From Azolla caroliniana (lineage: Eukaryota; Plantae; Polypodiophyta): 64,000 bases of DNA. The stretch is taken from positions 14,508,001 through 14,572,000 of the forward strand of contig JBHGNT010000007.1 of NCBI GenBank assembly GCA_043228905.1, in the 5' to 3' direction. The notes under the pieces are model-generated. The model did not search any database. It was given only the letters and a program-made list of their open reading frames with translations, and was not told where the DNA came from. Shown here in pieces: positions 23,601 to 37,100 of the stretch (position 1 is its first letter; each line of letters starts with the position of its first letter). The position numbers and the translations under genes are program-made.

Positions 23601-24691
23601 CATCCTTCAGCAGTAGCTTGCATCTGGTTGGTGTTGTCAGCCACACGTCTCCTATGCCGACAATTCGACATGTACCTTCATTCCCCATCCGGACACAGCT
23701 ATGATCACCGGTTGAGTAGGATGAGAAGCATTTCTGGTCCGGGGTAAGGTGGAACGACGCTCCGGAGTCGACCACGCAGGTCATCTCGTTGCCGGCAAGG
23801 TTTATCTTACTCTCCTCGGTGATGAGCATCAACTCTTCTTCACTTGCCGCGATTGCCGTCGTTCCCTTCCGGTCCGTTCCCCTCCGGTCTTTACCGTTCC
23901 GGTCCGATGTTCGCTTTGAATAAGTTCCGTCGGTTTCCTTTTCTTTTCAGAAATGCCGGTAGTTCTTTTGGAAGTGTCCCGGCTTGCCGCAATAGAAGCA
24001 AGTAGGCCTCCCCCTTGACTTTGACCATGTCCCCGACTTTCCCGGTTCTGGGACTACGGTTCCTTTGTCTTTCGCGTTCCGATTCGGTAAGGAGCGCTTT
24101 GGAGTCGGAGCTCGTATCCTTATCTTTCCGACGCGCCTCCTCATCTAGCAAGCTCGACTTCACTCTTGCTAGGGATAACCGTTTCCCTTCCGGCCTGGTG
24201 TTGCCCAAGGTGACAACCAACGTCTCCTACCTATCGGGGAGGAAACCGAGCAGGAGTAGTGCTAGTACCTCATCGGCAAGAGGTACTTTCAATGATGTTG
24301 CCTAGTGGATCAGTCCCTGGAAGGCATTCATGTGCTCCACCATGCTGGAGCCATCTTGGTACTGGAGTCTTACTGGTTTCCGAAATACTGAAACCTGATT
24401 AACAACATTTTTGTTCTGAAACTTAATGTTGATCTTCTCCCAGAGCTCATGAGCCTTGCTCTCTTCATTGAAGTTGTTGTATAGACTCGTGTTGATGAAG
24501 CACCGTATGTAAGCCGTTGTCTTCATGTGCATCACCTTCCATATCGCGGCGTCGATTTTGTCCGGTCTCTTGTCCCCGAACTGAACCGGCAGCCAAAGAT
24601 CTTTAACCATGAGCATGTCCCTCATCTTCGACATCAACACCGAATAGTTGGAGCCGGTGAGCTTGAACATGCCTCCCAACGAATCGTCCAT
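20685..24691 (-). pseudogene. T1 gag-pol (frameshifts and stops)
   Basis: MDDSLGGMFKLTGSNYS, CFYCGKPGHFQKN, VVDSGASFH, LVHIDVC, LLLYVDDML and LYCDSQSAIHLAKN. Confidence 0.9.
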
Positions 24692-25417
24692 TTTTCTGTG
24701 TTGCCTCGCTCTGATACCACTTTGTCGGAAATATAGGCTGCCTAAGCACAACGCTCAGCCACAACTGAGTCTCGGGTCAAACACAGAAAACGGATAATGA
24801 ACGCACGACACAGTGAAGAGAAGAGTACACAGGATGTTAACGTGGAAAACCCAAACTAAGGAAAAACCACGGCAGCCCACACACTACAAACTATCACTAT
24901 ATCAGAATGTACAATAGTAAAGCACCGAGGCTACGACCTCCAACTTGCTATCTTCGCCACAGGCGGCGGTTACAACAGAGGCAACGACCTCTTCCTCTCT
25001 CTCCGTCTCTCCGTACATTGTTACGCGCTCTGCAGGCTTGCACCAACTAGAATGACAACTCATACAACACTCAGTTTGCCCTAAGTCATATTTATACTAA
25101 TATGACTTTTCGGCTATTTACAAATATAGCCCCGATGGACTCTCAAAAACATATTTACGAATATGTCCCTTCATCCGGTGAGCACTCCTCACCGGGCCTG
25201 CATCATCCGGGTCTTGCTGGGTACTTATCATCCGGTTCTCACCGGGTCTTCCGTTGTCGGGTACTCGTCATCCGATTTTCACTGGGTCTTCCGTTGCCGA
25301 GTACTCCACATCCGGTTCTCACCGGGTCTTCCGTTGCCGGGTACTCCACATCCGGGTTTCTCATCAACACTGCTCTTCTCACTTCCCATCCGGAGGAACC
25401 TATTTCCTAACAATTTA

Positions 25418-27745
25418 CGACATCTCTCCCCCTAAAATTCGGCACGTCGAGGTAACGCAACCCAAGCGCACTCGACAATTGCTGCAACTTGTCCAGACCG
25501 GGGTCGTTCTGGAGTGAAATCCGGGGGGTTGTACCATGTACACCTGTTCCTCAAGTTCACCTTGCAGGAACACATTCTTTACATCCATCTGATGTAAGTG
25601 CCACCCCTTTGCCGCAGCTATCGTTAGCAAAACACGAACGGTCATCATCTTCGCGACTGGCGCAAATATCTCATCTTAGTCGATACCGTGTTTTTGCGCG
25701 TAGTCTTTTGCTACTAACCGGACCTTGTATCGGTTGACCGAGCCGTCGGTGTTGTACTTGACCTTGTACACCCACCTACATCCAATCGGCTTCACACCTT
25801 TCGGTGTGTCAACTAGGTCCCAGGTTTCATTTTCCGCTAATGCGCGCATCTCTTCCTCCATTGCGGCACGCCAATTCGCATCATTTGCCGCTTCTGCGTA
25901 GCTCTCCGGCTCACGTACTTCTGCCACTCGCGTCATGTACGCGTAATGGTGCGCCATGTACTCATTATAACTAAACCACACAACAGGGTTCTTTTGGCGG
26001 GTTGATCGGCGTAATTGCTCAGTAGCCAATGTTGAGGCTTTCTTGGCCGACGCGGACTTCGGTCTCGAAGACCCGTCATCACTTCCCACGGAGTCGGACT
26101 CGCGTCGATCCGACTCATTCCTATCCGTGCCGTAATCCGACACCTTCTTCTTCCCTTTTCCTTTCCGCGTAAGCCGTCTCCTCGGCTTCCTGTGCGGGGA
26201 ATGCACGGTCGAGTCTCCACTACTCGTCGGCTCTTCATCGGACTAGTCGAACCGACTCAATCATCCATTCGGTCTGCTTAAGCGAACCGAAGTCAGACTC
26301 TCTTCACGGGTCCCAATTTTAGGCTCATCCGGAGGCACCTCGGCCTCAATGACCTCATCATCAGAACTCGGATTGGAGGTGAGGTCCGGAGTCGGAGGCA
26401 AGTACCAGGACGTGGACTCGTCAAACACAACGTCGCGGGTCACGCCCGCTTGTTTGGTGCGAGGGTTATAACACTTATAACCCTTTTGCTCGTCCGAATA
26501 GCCGACCAAGATACTTTTCTCGGCTTTCGCGTCTAGCTTCCTCCGTTACTCCTTTGGCACATGCACATACGCAATGCTATGGAAAACTCTTAAGTGTCGC
26601 AGATTCGGCTTCCTGCCGAAATACACCTCAGACGCCGACACTTTTTCTCCGATCCGATTTTGGATGTATACCGCGGTTCGTACCGCCTCGGCCCAATAAA
26701 ACTTGGGGAAGCTCTTTTCTTCTAGCATTGCCAGCGCCGCTTACACAATCGACCGATTCTTCCTCTCGGCCACGCTGTTTTGCTCCGGTGTGTATCTACA
26801 ACTGAATTCACACCGAATTCCCATCTGTTGTAGATACCCGTTGAATTGACCGGAAAAGTACTCTTTTCCACCATCCGATCGCAAGCACCTGATCTTTCGT
26901 CCTGTTTCCGTTTCCACAAACCCTTTGAGGTCCCGGGAACAGTTGAAGACCTCACTCTTCTTCTCGATGAGGTAGATCCACGTGTGCCGCGTATAGTCAT
27001 CAATGAAAAAGACGAAATATCGACTCCCGCCAAGACTGACGTTCTGTGCCAACACCCATACATCGGAATGTATCAAGTCAAGCTTGTTTCAGCTCCGGTG
27101 ACACTCATTAGGGAAGGGAAGTCGGTGTTGCTTCCCTAGCTGGCAGGCTTCACAAATTTGTGCCTTCCGGCCATTGAATTTGGGCAATCCGAACACTACC
27201 TGTTTCGATTGTAGGTCCTGAAGCCGTTGATATTTGACGTGGCCCACCCGCTTGTGCCATAAGTCGATATCCGACTCAACTTTTTGTCCTTTCACGAACA
27301 TCGCGGTGCCACCGTCACTAGAGTCGAGGATAAACATTCCCCCGTCTCTGCACCCTTGCGCAATAACTTGGCTTTCTTCCTCGATGAAGCACCCGAGGTG
27401 CGTGAATCGGACTTGCATCCCCTGGTGGACGATCTGCCCGACTGACACCAGATTCTTCGTGATTGTTGGGACATGTAGCAGGTTCATAAGTTTCCCTTTC
27501 TGCCCGACATGGCTCAAGGGAACTTCACCGACATTCGCGATCGGATGCGGAGTGTCATCTCCGGTTGCGACTACTCCCAGTTGCATCGGTTTTTCCAGGT
27601 ACGAGAACCACTCCTTGTGGCACGTCATGTGGTTTGACGTGCCGGAGGAGGTGTGTTCGGGGTGATCTTCTTCATTGATTTTGCTTCGTGTCTCGTCACG
27701 AAGACTGACCCTTTTTCGGCTTCTCCGGATCTGTCGGCGCAGTGC
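25418..27745 (-). pseudogene. B1 protease-integrase-RT; most of RT/RNase H deleted
   Basis: SGTSNHMT, LWHKRVGH..CEACQLGKQHR, IHSDVW..FIDDYTR..LRSDGGKEY, WDLV..KPIGCRWVYKVK and [13 protein letters not shown] jump near 25500 leads to the RNase H end. Confidence 0.85.
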
Positions 27746-27750
27746 GATCG

Positions 27751-28018
27751 TGTTAAACACAGTGCTCGGCCACAACCGAGGAATAGGATCAACTCACAGA
27801 AAACAGGAAATACAAAAAAAAATGCACGAAGACAATAGAGAGAAGAGTACACAGGATATTTTACGTGGAAAACCCTAAGTGGGAAAAACCACGGGAGTCC
27901 TCAAACTCCAACTATCACTATAAACAAAGATGTACAATGGTGAAGCTACAAGGCAACAACCTTGAGCTCACTGTCTTCGCCACAGGCGGCGGTAATACAC
28001 AGAGGCAACGACCTCTTC

Positions 28019-28049
<31 letters not shown>

Positions 28050-31000
28050 CTGCTCACTTAGCTCCCACTAAGTGGAAAACCAGAAAAATGAGTAACCACA
28101 ACAAAACTGTTTGCCCTAAGTCATATTTATACACATATGACTTTCGGGCTATTTACAAATATAGCCTCAAGGGCCCTTGGCAAACATATTCACAAATATG
28201 TCCCCGCATCCGGATCTCTCTCCGGGTACATTCGTCATCCGGCTCCGTAACCGGGGTCTTCATCATCCGGCTCCGTAACCGGGGTCTTCATCATCCGGCT
28301 CCGTAGCCGGGGTCTTCATCATCCGGATCCGGAACCGGGTCTTCATCATCCGGCTCCGATACCGGGTACTCCTCATTCGGGTCTTCATTCCCGATTCCCG
28401 GACATCCGACCATCCCATCCGGAGGGACCGTAATCTCAACAAACTCCCCCTTCACTTCGGCATGGGATGTCTTTCCAGTCCGACCCTCTTCAGGCACGCT
28501 TCCAGCTTGTCGGGTGTGAGCACTTTGGTCAGCATATCTGACCCGTTCTCGTCCGTGTGGATCTTCGTCAGCACGAACTCCTGGTCTTCTATCCTTTCCC
28601 GGATCCAGTGATATCTTCGCTGGATGTGCTTCGTCCGGGAGTGATAGGCCGCGTTCTTCGCAAGGTGGATGGCACTCTGACTGTCGCAGTAGAGTCGGTA
28701 CTCCTCCTGCCGGATACCGAGCTCTCTAATGAAGTCCTTCATCCATATTATTTCCTTGCCGGCTTCAACAGCCGCCATGTACTCCGCCTCCGTGGTTGAC
28801 AACGCAACCGTCTTCTGCAGCCTCGCCTGCCACGAAACAGCTCCCCCTGCATACGTCATCACATACCCTGATGTGGACCGGCTGGTATCTGCATCAGCCG
28901 ACATATCCGAATCGGTAAAGCCGTCGAGTTCGGGCTTACCGGAGCCGAATCGGAGGCACACGTTTGCCGTGCCCTTCAGGTATCAGAGTATCCACTTGGC
29001 CGCGTTCCAGTGCTCTTTGCCGGGATTGCTCATGTACCGGCTCACCACTCCGACTGCATATCTTATGTCCGGTCTGGTCCACACCATTGCGTACATCAAG
29101 CTTCCGACGGCAGAGGCATATGGTATTTTCATCATGTCCTCCTTCTCAGCCTTTGTCTTGGGGCTTTGCTTGCTAGACAACTTGCAGTTTGCCGGGAGGG
29201 TTGACCCGACCGGTCTTGCTTCCGACATGTTGAACCGGTGAAGCACCTTTGTCACGTACTTCTCCTGTGACAGCCACAACTGCTTCTTCTTCCAGTCCCG
29301 GATGATGTGCATCCCTAGTATTTGCCTCGCCGGACCCAGGTCCTTCATTGAGAAGGTTCGGTGAAGCGCTTTCTTCAGCATCCGTATCTTGACCTGGTCC
29401 CGTCCGACGATCAACATGTCGTCCACATACAGGAGGAGTATTAGAAAGTCTCCTCCTTCGAACTTCTTCACAAACACGCAGTGATCGGACTGCGTTTTGT
29501 GGTACCCTTCATCGGTCATGAAGGAGTCGAACTTCCGGTACCACTGCCGGGGAGCCTGCTTCAGTCCGTGAAGGCTCTTCTTCAACCGGCATACCAGGTG
29601 CTCCTTCCCTTTCTTCTCGAATCCTTCCGGTTGCTGCATGTAGATCTCTTCTTCGAGGTCACCGTGAAGGAATGCCGTCTTCACGTCCATCTGTTCTACC
29701 GCGAGGTCCATGCTTGCCGCTATGCTCAGCACCGTCCGGATGGAGGTCATCTTCACTACCGGGGCAAATATCTCGTCGAAGTCGACGCCCTTCTTCTGCT
29801 GGAACCCCTTCACCACGATCCTGGCTTTGTATCTCGGGGGCTTTCCGGCATCTCCCGGTTTCAGCTTGAACACCCACTTGTTTCGAAGTGCCCGTTTTCC
29901 TTTCGGCAACTCCACAAGTTCATATGTGTGGTTCTCATGCAGGGAATCCATCTCGTCCTGCATGGCACTCAACCACTTGCGGCTCTGGGTGTCATGCTTT
30001 GCTTCTTCAAAGCTCTCCGGCTCCCCCTCGTCGGTCAGCAACACGTGCTCTGGATCCGGAAATCTCCGGGGGGCCCTTCTCTCTCTTAGAGGATATCTCC
30101 GTTCCGGAGCTTCGGTAACCGGCTCCTCCGTTTCCTCTTCATCCGAATCCATTTCGGGATCGGGGCCGGTTCCGGTATCAGTTTCATCTTCATCGGCCAG
30201 TTCTGTTTCTTCACCGTCTTCGGCCGGTTCCTCGAGTGCTAACCAGTCCCTTGCCGGTCGGGACTGCTCCTCGTAGAGTTGATCCTCACTGGTCGACTTG
30301 GAGCTCTTCATCTTCTTCTCCGACTCCCAGTCGGCGAGTGTTTTGTCCTCCATGAAGATGATATCACGACTCCGAAATATCTTTTTGTCAACCGGGTCCC
30401 ATACTCGGTAGCCGAACTCGTCATCACCGTAACCGAGGAATATGCATGGCCAGGTCTTTGGATCTAGCTTTCCACTCCGGTCCTTTGCCACATGCACATA
30501 TGCGAGACACCCGAACACCTTCAGATGCCGGTAGGATACTTCCCTACCGGTCCACACTCTCTGCGGCGTGTCTCCGTCCAAAGGTACTGAGGGTGATCTG
30601 TTTATCACGTATGTCGCCGTCGACATTGCCTCAGCCCAAAACCCTTTGGGTAATTTCGCATGCGCCAGCATACTCCGGACCCTCTCCATTATGGTCCGGT
30701 TCATCCTCTCGGCCAGCCCGTTCAGTTCCGGCGTCTTCGGCACAGTAAACTCGAGCCGGATTCCCATCGAACGGAAATACTCCTCAAATTGCCCTCGGTA
30801 TTCTCCTCCGTTATCCACTCGTAGTGCTTTCAGCTTCTTGCCGGATTCTCTTTCCACTCTCGCGTGGAGTTCTTTGAAGACGGACAATACTTGGTCCTTT
30901 GTCTTCAACGGTGCCGTCCACAGCTTCCGGCTGTGGTCATCAATGAATGTCACGAAGTACTAGGCTCCGCCATGTGACTTCGTTTCTACCTGACACACAT

Positions 31001-32824
31001 CAGTGTGTACCAACTCCAATGGTACACTACGTCTCATCGGTGGTCTTGAGCGGAAGGAGGTCCGGTTTTGCTTACCGGCCAGACAGTCGGTACACTTCCC
31101 CAGGTGTACGTGCTTTACCGGTATCAGGTTGTCTTCGGCAAGCCTCTTCATCCCCTTCTCGCTCATGTGGCACAGTCTCTTGTGCCACAGCTCACCGGCA
31201 GTGTCAGCTGCCACGTTCAGCTCCTCCGGACATAGCCGGGAATTCATCAGGTACAGTGTGTTGACCTTCCGGGCCCGAGCCACTATCAGGCTCCCTTTGC
31301 TGAACTTCATGACACCGTTCCGGATGCTACCCGTGTAGCCTTCATCGTCTAGCCTCCCGGCCGAAATCAGGTTCAATCGAACCTCCGGAACATGTCGGAC
31401 ATCCTTCAGCAGCATCTTGCATCCGGTTGATGTCATCAGCCACACGTCTCCTATGCCGGCAATCCGGCATGTACCTTCATTTCCCATCCGGACACAGCCG
31501 TGCTCACCGGCTGTGTAGGATGAGAAGTATTTCTTCTCCGGGGTCAGGTGGAACGACGCTCCGGAATCGACCACCTAGGTCATCTCTTCACCGGCAAGGT
31601 TCAGCTCCCTCTCTTCGGTAATGAGCATTATCTCTTCTTCACTTGCCGCGAGTGCCGTCGTTCCTTTCCGGTCCTGCCCTCGCCGATCCGGACCTCTCCG
31701 GTCCGTGGCTCCCCGGTATGCACCGTTTCGCTCCGGTGACTTCTTCGAATCGGTACCGTCGGTTCCGTTGTCTTTCCGGAAATGCCGACAGTTCTTCTGG
31801 AAGTGCCCCGGCTTCCCACAGTAGAAGCATGTAGGTCTTCCCCTCGACTGCGACCGTGTCCCCGACTTCTCCCATCTCTGCGGACTCCGGTTCCGTTGTC
31901 TTCCCCGTTCCGATTCGGTAAGCAGCGCCTTCGAGTCGGAGGCCGGTTCTTTATCTCTCCGACGCGCTTCTTCATTTAGAATACTTGTCTTTACCGTTAG
32001 TAAAGACAAGTTCTCTTCCTTACAGGAGGTGCTGAGAGTAACTACCAAATTCTCCCAGCTCTCCGGAAGGGTACACATCAGCATGATGGCTTGCATTGCG
32101 TCATCCAACGGGAACTTGATCGCCGCAAGCTGGTTCACGAATCCCATGAACGTGCTGACGTGTTCGACCATGCTCTCGCCGTCCCGGTACTTAAGATTCA
32201 CTATCTTCCTCATCAGGGAGGTCCGGGTCAGAGCATTCTTCCTCTCATACAGTCCGGACAGCTTCTGCCACATCTCATAGGCGTTCGTATCGTTCGCCAC
32301 ATGTTGCAGAACACTTACATCGACATATTGCCGGATCGTCGCTACGGCTTTCCGGTTCAGGAGCTTCCACTCCGACTCTATTACTCCCTTGGGTATCTCG
32401 GCATTGTCGATCGGTTCGTACAGGTCTCGGACGATGAGAAGGTCTTCCATCTTTATCTTCCAGTCGGCGTAGTTCTGTGAGTTCAACACCATCATGCCCG
32501 GGGGCCCACTACCGCCGCCTTCCATTTTCTGTGTTACCGTCGCTCTGATACCACTTTGTTAAACACAGTGCTCGACCACAACCGAGGAATAGGATCAACT
32601 CACAGAAAACAGGAAATACAAAAAAAAATGCACGAAGACAATAGAGAGAAGAGTACACAGGATATTTTATGTGGAAAACCCTAAGTGGGAAAAACCACAG
32701 GAGTCCTCAAACTCCAACTATCACTATAAACAGAGATGTACAATGGTGAAGCTACAAGGCAACAACCTTGAGCTCACTATCTTCGCCACAGGCGGCGGTA
32801 ATACACAGAGGCAACGACCTCTTC

Positions 32825-32857
<33 letters not shown>

Positions 32858-33221
32858 CTGCTCACTTAGCTCCCACTAAGTGGAAAACCAGAAAAATGAG
32901 TAACCACAACAAAACTGTTTGCCCTAAGTCATATTTATACACATATGACTTTCGGGCTATTTACAAATATAGCCTCAAGGGCCCTTGGCAAACATATTCA
33001 CAAATATGTCCCCGCATCCGGATCTCTCTCCGGGTACATTCGTCATCCGGCTCCGTAACCGGGGTCTTCATCATCCGGCTCCGTAGCCGGGGTCTTCATC
33101 ATCCGGCTCCGTAGCCGGGTCTTCATCATCCGGCTCCGATACCGGGTACTCCTCATTCGGGTCTTCATTCCCGATTCCCGGACATCCGACCATCCCATCC
33201 GGAGGGACCGTAATCTCAACA
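27751..33221 (-). mobile_element. Full-length Ty1/Copia Tork-like element T2 (youngest-looking)
   Basis: Near-identical LTRs 27751-28441 and 32557-33221, PBS TGGTATCAGAGC at 32542-32553, PPT at 28442-28453 and perfect TSD GATCG. Confidence 0.95.
28452..32525 (-). pseudogene. T2 gag-pol polyprotein (~1357 aa, single frame, three nonsense codons)
   Basis: ORFs 31575-32525, 30960-31574, 28983-30953 and 28452-28961 are co-framed. The stops are consistent with TGG>TAG, CAG>TAG and CGA>TGA. Gag CCHC, PR DSGA, integrase, RT YVDD and RNase H are all present. Confidence 0.93.
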
Positions 33222-33226
33222 GATCG

Positions 33227-34124
33227 TTGTTGTTTTCCTTTGTCTATCTGTTCGGAACTTGATCTGGACCTAGTTCCCTCCGAATCGGCGCGCTTTTTCC
33301 AGCACGCGCTCTCCCTGTGGCCTTTCTTGCCAAAGTACCAGCATTCCGTGGCGGATTTCCCTTGCCGGTTCTCGTCGCCTCGACTCCCCCTGTTTCCGGA
33401 GGGTCCGGAATTGTAGTCGGCATCACTTCGGTGCCTTCTTCCTTGATCCCGTCGGCTGCGTCCATTGCGTAACGACTCGCCTCGTCCGCCAAAACCACGG
33501 GGCCTATCTCCCTCCATGTACAACATCTTGTTGTTAGCATGCGTGCTTGTCGATGCACCCGCGTGGTTCGCCTCTATAAGGAGCATTGACTGTAAGTCAC
33601 GATGGCGTATTCTCTCGTGTACACACAGTAGTTCGGAGCGCTCTGAACTTCATCGTAAGTCCCCCGAGATAGAGTTGCACCATCTCGCCTTCCTCAACGT
33701 TCACATCAATGTAGGCTAAGGAGTTGCATATATTTTTTATCTTCGAGGTGTAATCAGCCACCGACAAGTCGCGTTGTCGTAGGTTGCTCAGCTCCTACCG
33801 GAGTTGAAGCTTCCTAGCTGTAGTGCTTGCGGCGAAAATCTTCCTCAGATTTCCCCAAGCATCCTTCGGTGTTTTCGCCTCCCGAATGTAACTTAAGAGC
33901 TGTTCGCCCACACAAGACGCGAAGCAGTACAGTACTCTGCTCGCCGACTATTCCCAAATCGGGAAGTCTTTGTGTGTCGACTCGGGTGCCGTGTCATTTG
34001 CTCTCTCGACATAGCTGCAGTAATCATGTCTGAGCAGGTACTGGTGCATCTTGTAAGACCAAGACGTGTAGTTGTTTCTGTCGAGCTTCTTTGTTGGAAG
34101 CGAGCTAGCCATGCCTCTACCCAT
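33227..34124 (-). pseudogene. B1 gag (decayed)
   Basis: MGRGMASSLPTKKLDRNNYTSWSYKMHQYL... and knuckle ECWYFGKKGHRESACWKK. Confidence 0.8.
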
Positions 34125-37100
34125 CGGTTTTGCCTATTCTTCTTGGTCGGTTTTTTTCTTTCAAGTTATGTCGGTCGCAGAGGTTCTCAACCCTCGCGCT
34201 CTAATACCATGTAAAGGATTATGTGCGGAAGCAATAGAAAACCAAACACACAAAAAATACGCAAGTTTAATGGAGAGCTTGAGTATACATAGTACGCGGG
34301 AGAGACAGAGAGAGAACACACAGAAAAATCAATTCAAAGAAATTAACTCTGTAGTTACATCGTGCTCAGTGAGCACCTTTTATACAAGCCATGGCAATAG
34401 GCTGACACAAGTACTGACAGTACTTGACTGCTCATAAATGAGCCTCTACACTTACTCCCAAAACTATTCCTTACGAGGAATATCTCTCTAACGGCCTTTC
34501 GGTTTACACACCGATATGGCCTCTCGTTACACACCGGTTTGTGTATCCATTTTACGCATCGGTCTGGCCTAATTGATCCGGTTCTCGGTTTGCACAGCCG
34601 ATCCGGCCAATGTTGAGCTTGTATGTCAACATTCTTCTTTTTTAACCTTTGATCTATTATTATACCTCTTATTGATCTTCTTATAATCATGAATCTTTCG
34701 ATATTTTCAAATGTGACATTGGTTTCCTCGCTGGTCTAAGAACCCAGTAGTCCCAATCAAGCGAAGCACGCACGCACGCGCATCTTCGCGACATCATTTG
34801 TTGAACCCAGCGTGAAGAGCGGCAAGGGAGGATGAAGATGAACGAAGAATATCTGATGGAGGCAATGTCAAAGATGATGATGGAATTTTCTGTTGGAAAA
34901 TCGGTCCCTCTGGATGGGACCCGGTGAGAACGGAAGAGAAGACATATTTGTAAATATGTTTTGAGTAAGCTTATTGAGGCTATATTTGTAAATAGCCCTA
35001 ACTCCATATAAGTATAAATAAGACTTAGGGCAATCACTTTGTGTGTCGTTGTGGTTGTCATAGTGTTGTATGTGTCCATAACTATTGTATAGAGAGAGAG
35101 TAGCTACGAGCACTTTCTATTGTAACCGCCGTTTGGCGAAGATCACGAGCACGAGGTCGTTGCCTCTGTGCTTTCACTTTGTATTTCCTCTCATATAGTG
35201 ATAGTTGGGAGTCTGTGGATTCTCGTACTTTTCCCTATTAGGGTTTTTGATCTAAACATCATGTGTACTCTCTATTGTTTGTGTGTGTACATGCGTTCAC
35301 TCCCTACTTCCAATTTCTGTGTTTGATTCTCATTGAAGTGATTCTAGACTCGGTTGTGGCCGAGCAATATTCCGCGTCGTTACTCATCAAACTGGTATCA
35401 GAGCGAACAACACAGGAAATGGAAGAATCGTTCGGCGGCATGTTCAAGCTCACCAGCTCCAACTACTCAGTGTGGAAGTCAAAGATGAGGGATATGTTGG
35501 TGATTAAAGATATTTGGTTGCTATTTTAGTTCGGGGACAAGAGACCATAGTGTGGGAGGTGATGCACATGAAGACGACGACATACATACGGTGTTTCATC
35601 GACATGAGCCTGTACAACAACTTTAATGAAGAGAGAAAGGCTCATGAACTCTAGGAGAAGATCGGCATCATGTTCCAGAATAAGAATGTTGTTAATCGGG
35701 TTTTGGTATTATGGAGGGTGGTGAGGCTTCAGTACCATGACGACTCTAGTATGGCGGAGCACATGAATACCTTCCAGGGGCTGACACATCGTTGAAAGTA
35801 CCTCTCGCCGACGAGATACTCGCATTGTTCCTGCTCGGTTCCCTCCTGGATAGGTGGGAGACGTTAGTTGTTAGGTTTGACAACGCCGGGCCGGTGTCAC
35901 GGACGTAGACAGGGGCAAGGACAAGTAGGCGAGCTCAATATTAAGAAAGAGAGAAAGATAGATATACAGATAGAGAGGAGCATAAACAAGAGAACAAGAG
36001 AGAGAGAGGGGGGGGGTAGACAAAAGAGCGAGAACTAAATTATGCTTCCGTAACTTGTGTTATTCACCTTGATTGTAATCAAGCTTCACCGAAGTATTTA
36101 TACAAGAATGGGGTGGTATGCATGTAAGCTAGGAAACATCTAGAGAATGCATGGAAACTTCTAGAGAATGCATGTCCACCCAATCCTCCTGTTGGTAGCT
36201 CATGGTACACCCAAGGTATTGTTCGAGGATTTGGTTGACTCACTCCGTTTGTCCATCAGTTTGCATTCGGGACTTCTGTGAACTTGTCCTTAGTTTGAGG
36301 ATTTGGTTGACTTGCTCCGTTTGTCCATCAGTTTGAGGATGGTATGCTGAGGACAAGTTGACAGAAGTCCTGAATGTTTGTAGAAGTCGTCACCAAAAGT
36401 GGGAAATGAACTGAGAACCTTAATCAGAGGTGATATGCTCGGGTAAGCCATGTAATCGAGCAACAATTTTAAGAAAAAGATCAGTAGTCTCTTCCCCAGA
36501 AATGGTTTTGGAACATGAAAACCATCGATAATGACTAGCACCGTGTCATGTCCACCAATTAGAGGGAGGTCGGTGATAAAGTCCATGGATAGAGAGATGG
36601 AATGGGGAGTGGGTGGAGAAGACCATATGGCTGATGGTGAGGCATTTTGGACCGAGCACATACATCACATGTCTTGATAAATTCCTTCACAAATTTTCAT
36701 AACCCCAAAGTGGCCGGCAAGAGGATCATCATGACAGTTTTGTAGAACCCGTGTACAACATGATCCTTCAGGAACGTACAAAAGATGAGTACAATATAGT
36801 AACCCATCCCAGGTTGTAAATTGGTTGAGATATGAGCTTTTCATGTCCGGAGATGGGTCATTAATGCGGCCCATGATTTCTTTGGTGAGTGGGTCTGACA
36901 CGATTGTCGTGGCGATCTTGTTGACCAAAGAATCATCATGCAACATGCAAGTGGCGAACATCTGAAGTTGATCGGGTCGCAACAAACAATGGGATTGTTG
37001 TGAATATGCATCATCTCCTGGGCGCAATGCAAAATCAGGTCGCCGAGAGAGGGCATCAACTTTCCCATGTTGAACTACGGGTCGAAACAAGATCTCAAAG

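Larger units (their letters stand above)
18576..25412 (-). mobile_element. Ty1/Copia Tork-like element T1
   Basis: LTRs 24723-25412 (5') and 18576-20674 (3', containing a LINE), PBS TGGTATCAGAGC at about 24708-24719, PPT at 20675-20687, and degenerate TSD ATTCG/ATTTA (CpG decay). Confidence 0.9.
16231..34631 (-). mobile_element. Ty1/Copia (Bryco-like) element B1 hosting three Tork-like insertions
   Basis: 5' LTR 34210-34631 with PBS TGGTATTAGAGCGCG. 3' LTR 16231-18073 (split) with PPT TGAGGGGGAG. Perfect TSD TTCTT (16226-16230, 34632-34636). Confidence 0.9.

Noticed and set aside
27865-28497. Duplicated small ORFs in LTRs (also 32671-33114, 39757-40234, 46678-47155)
   Set aside because: Duplicated only because LTRs are duplicated; no protein motifs.
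29481-30963. Long plus-strand ORFs antisense to Copia pol
   Set aside because: Shadow ORFs of GC-rich coding sequence.
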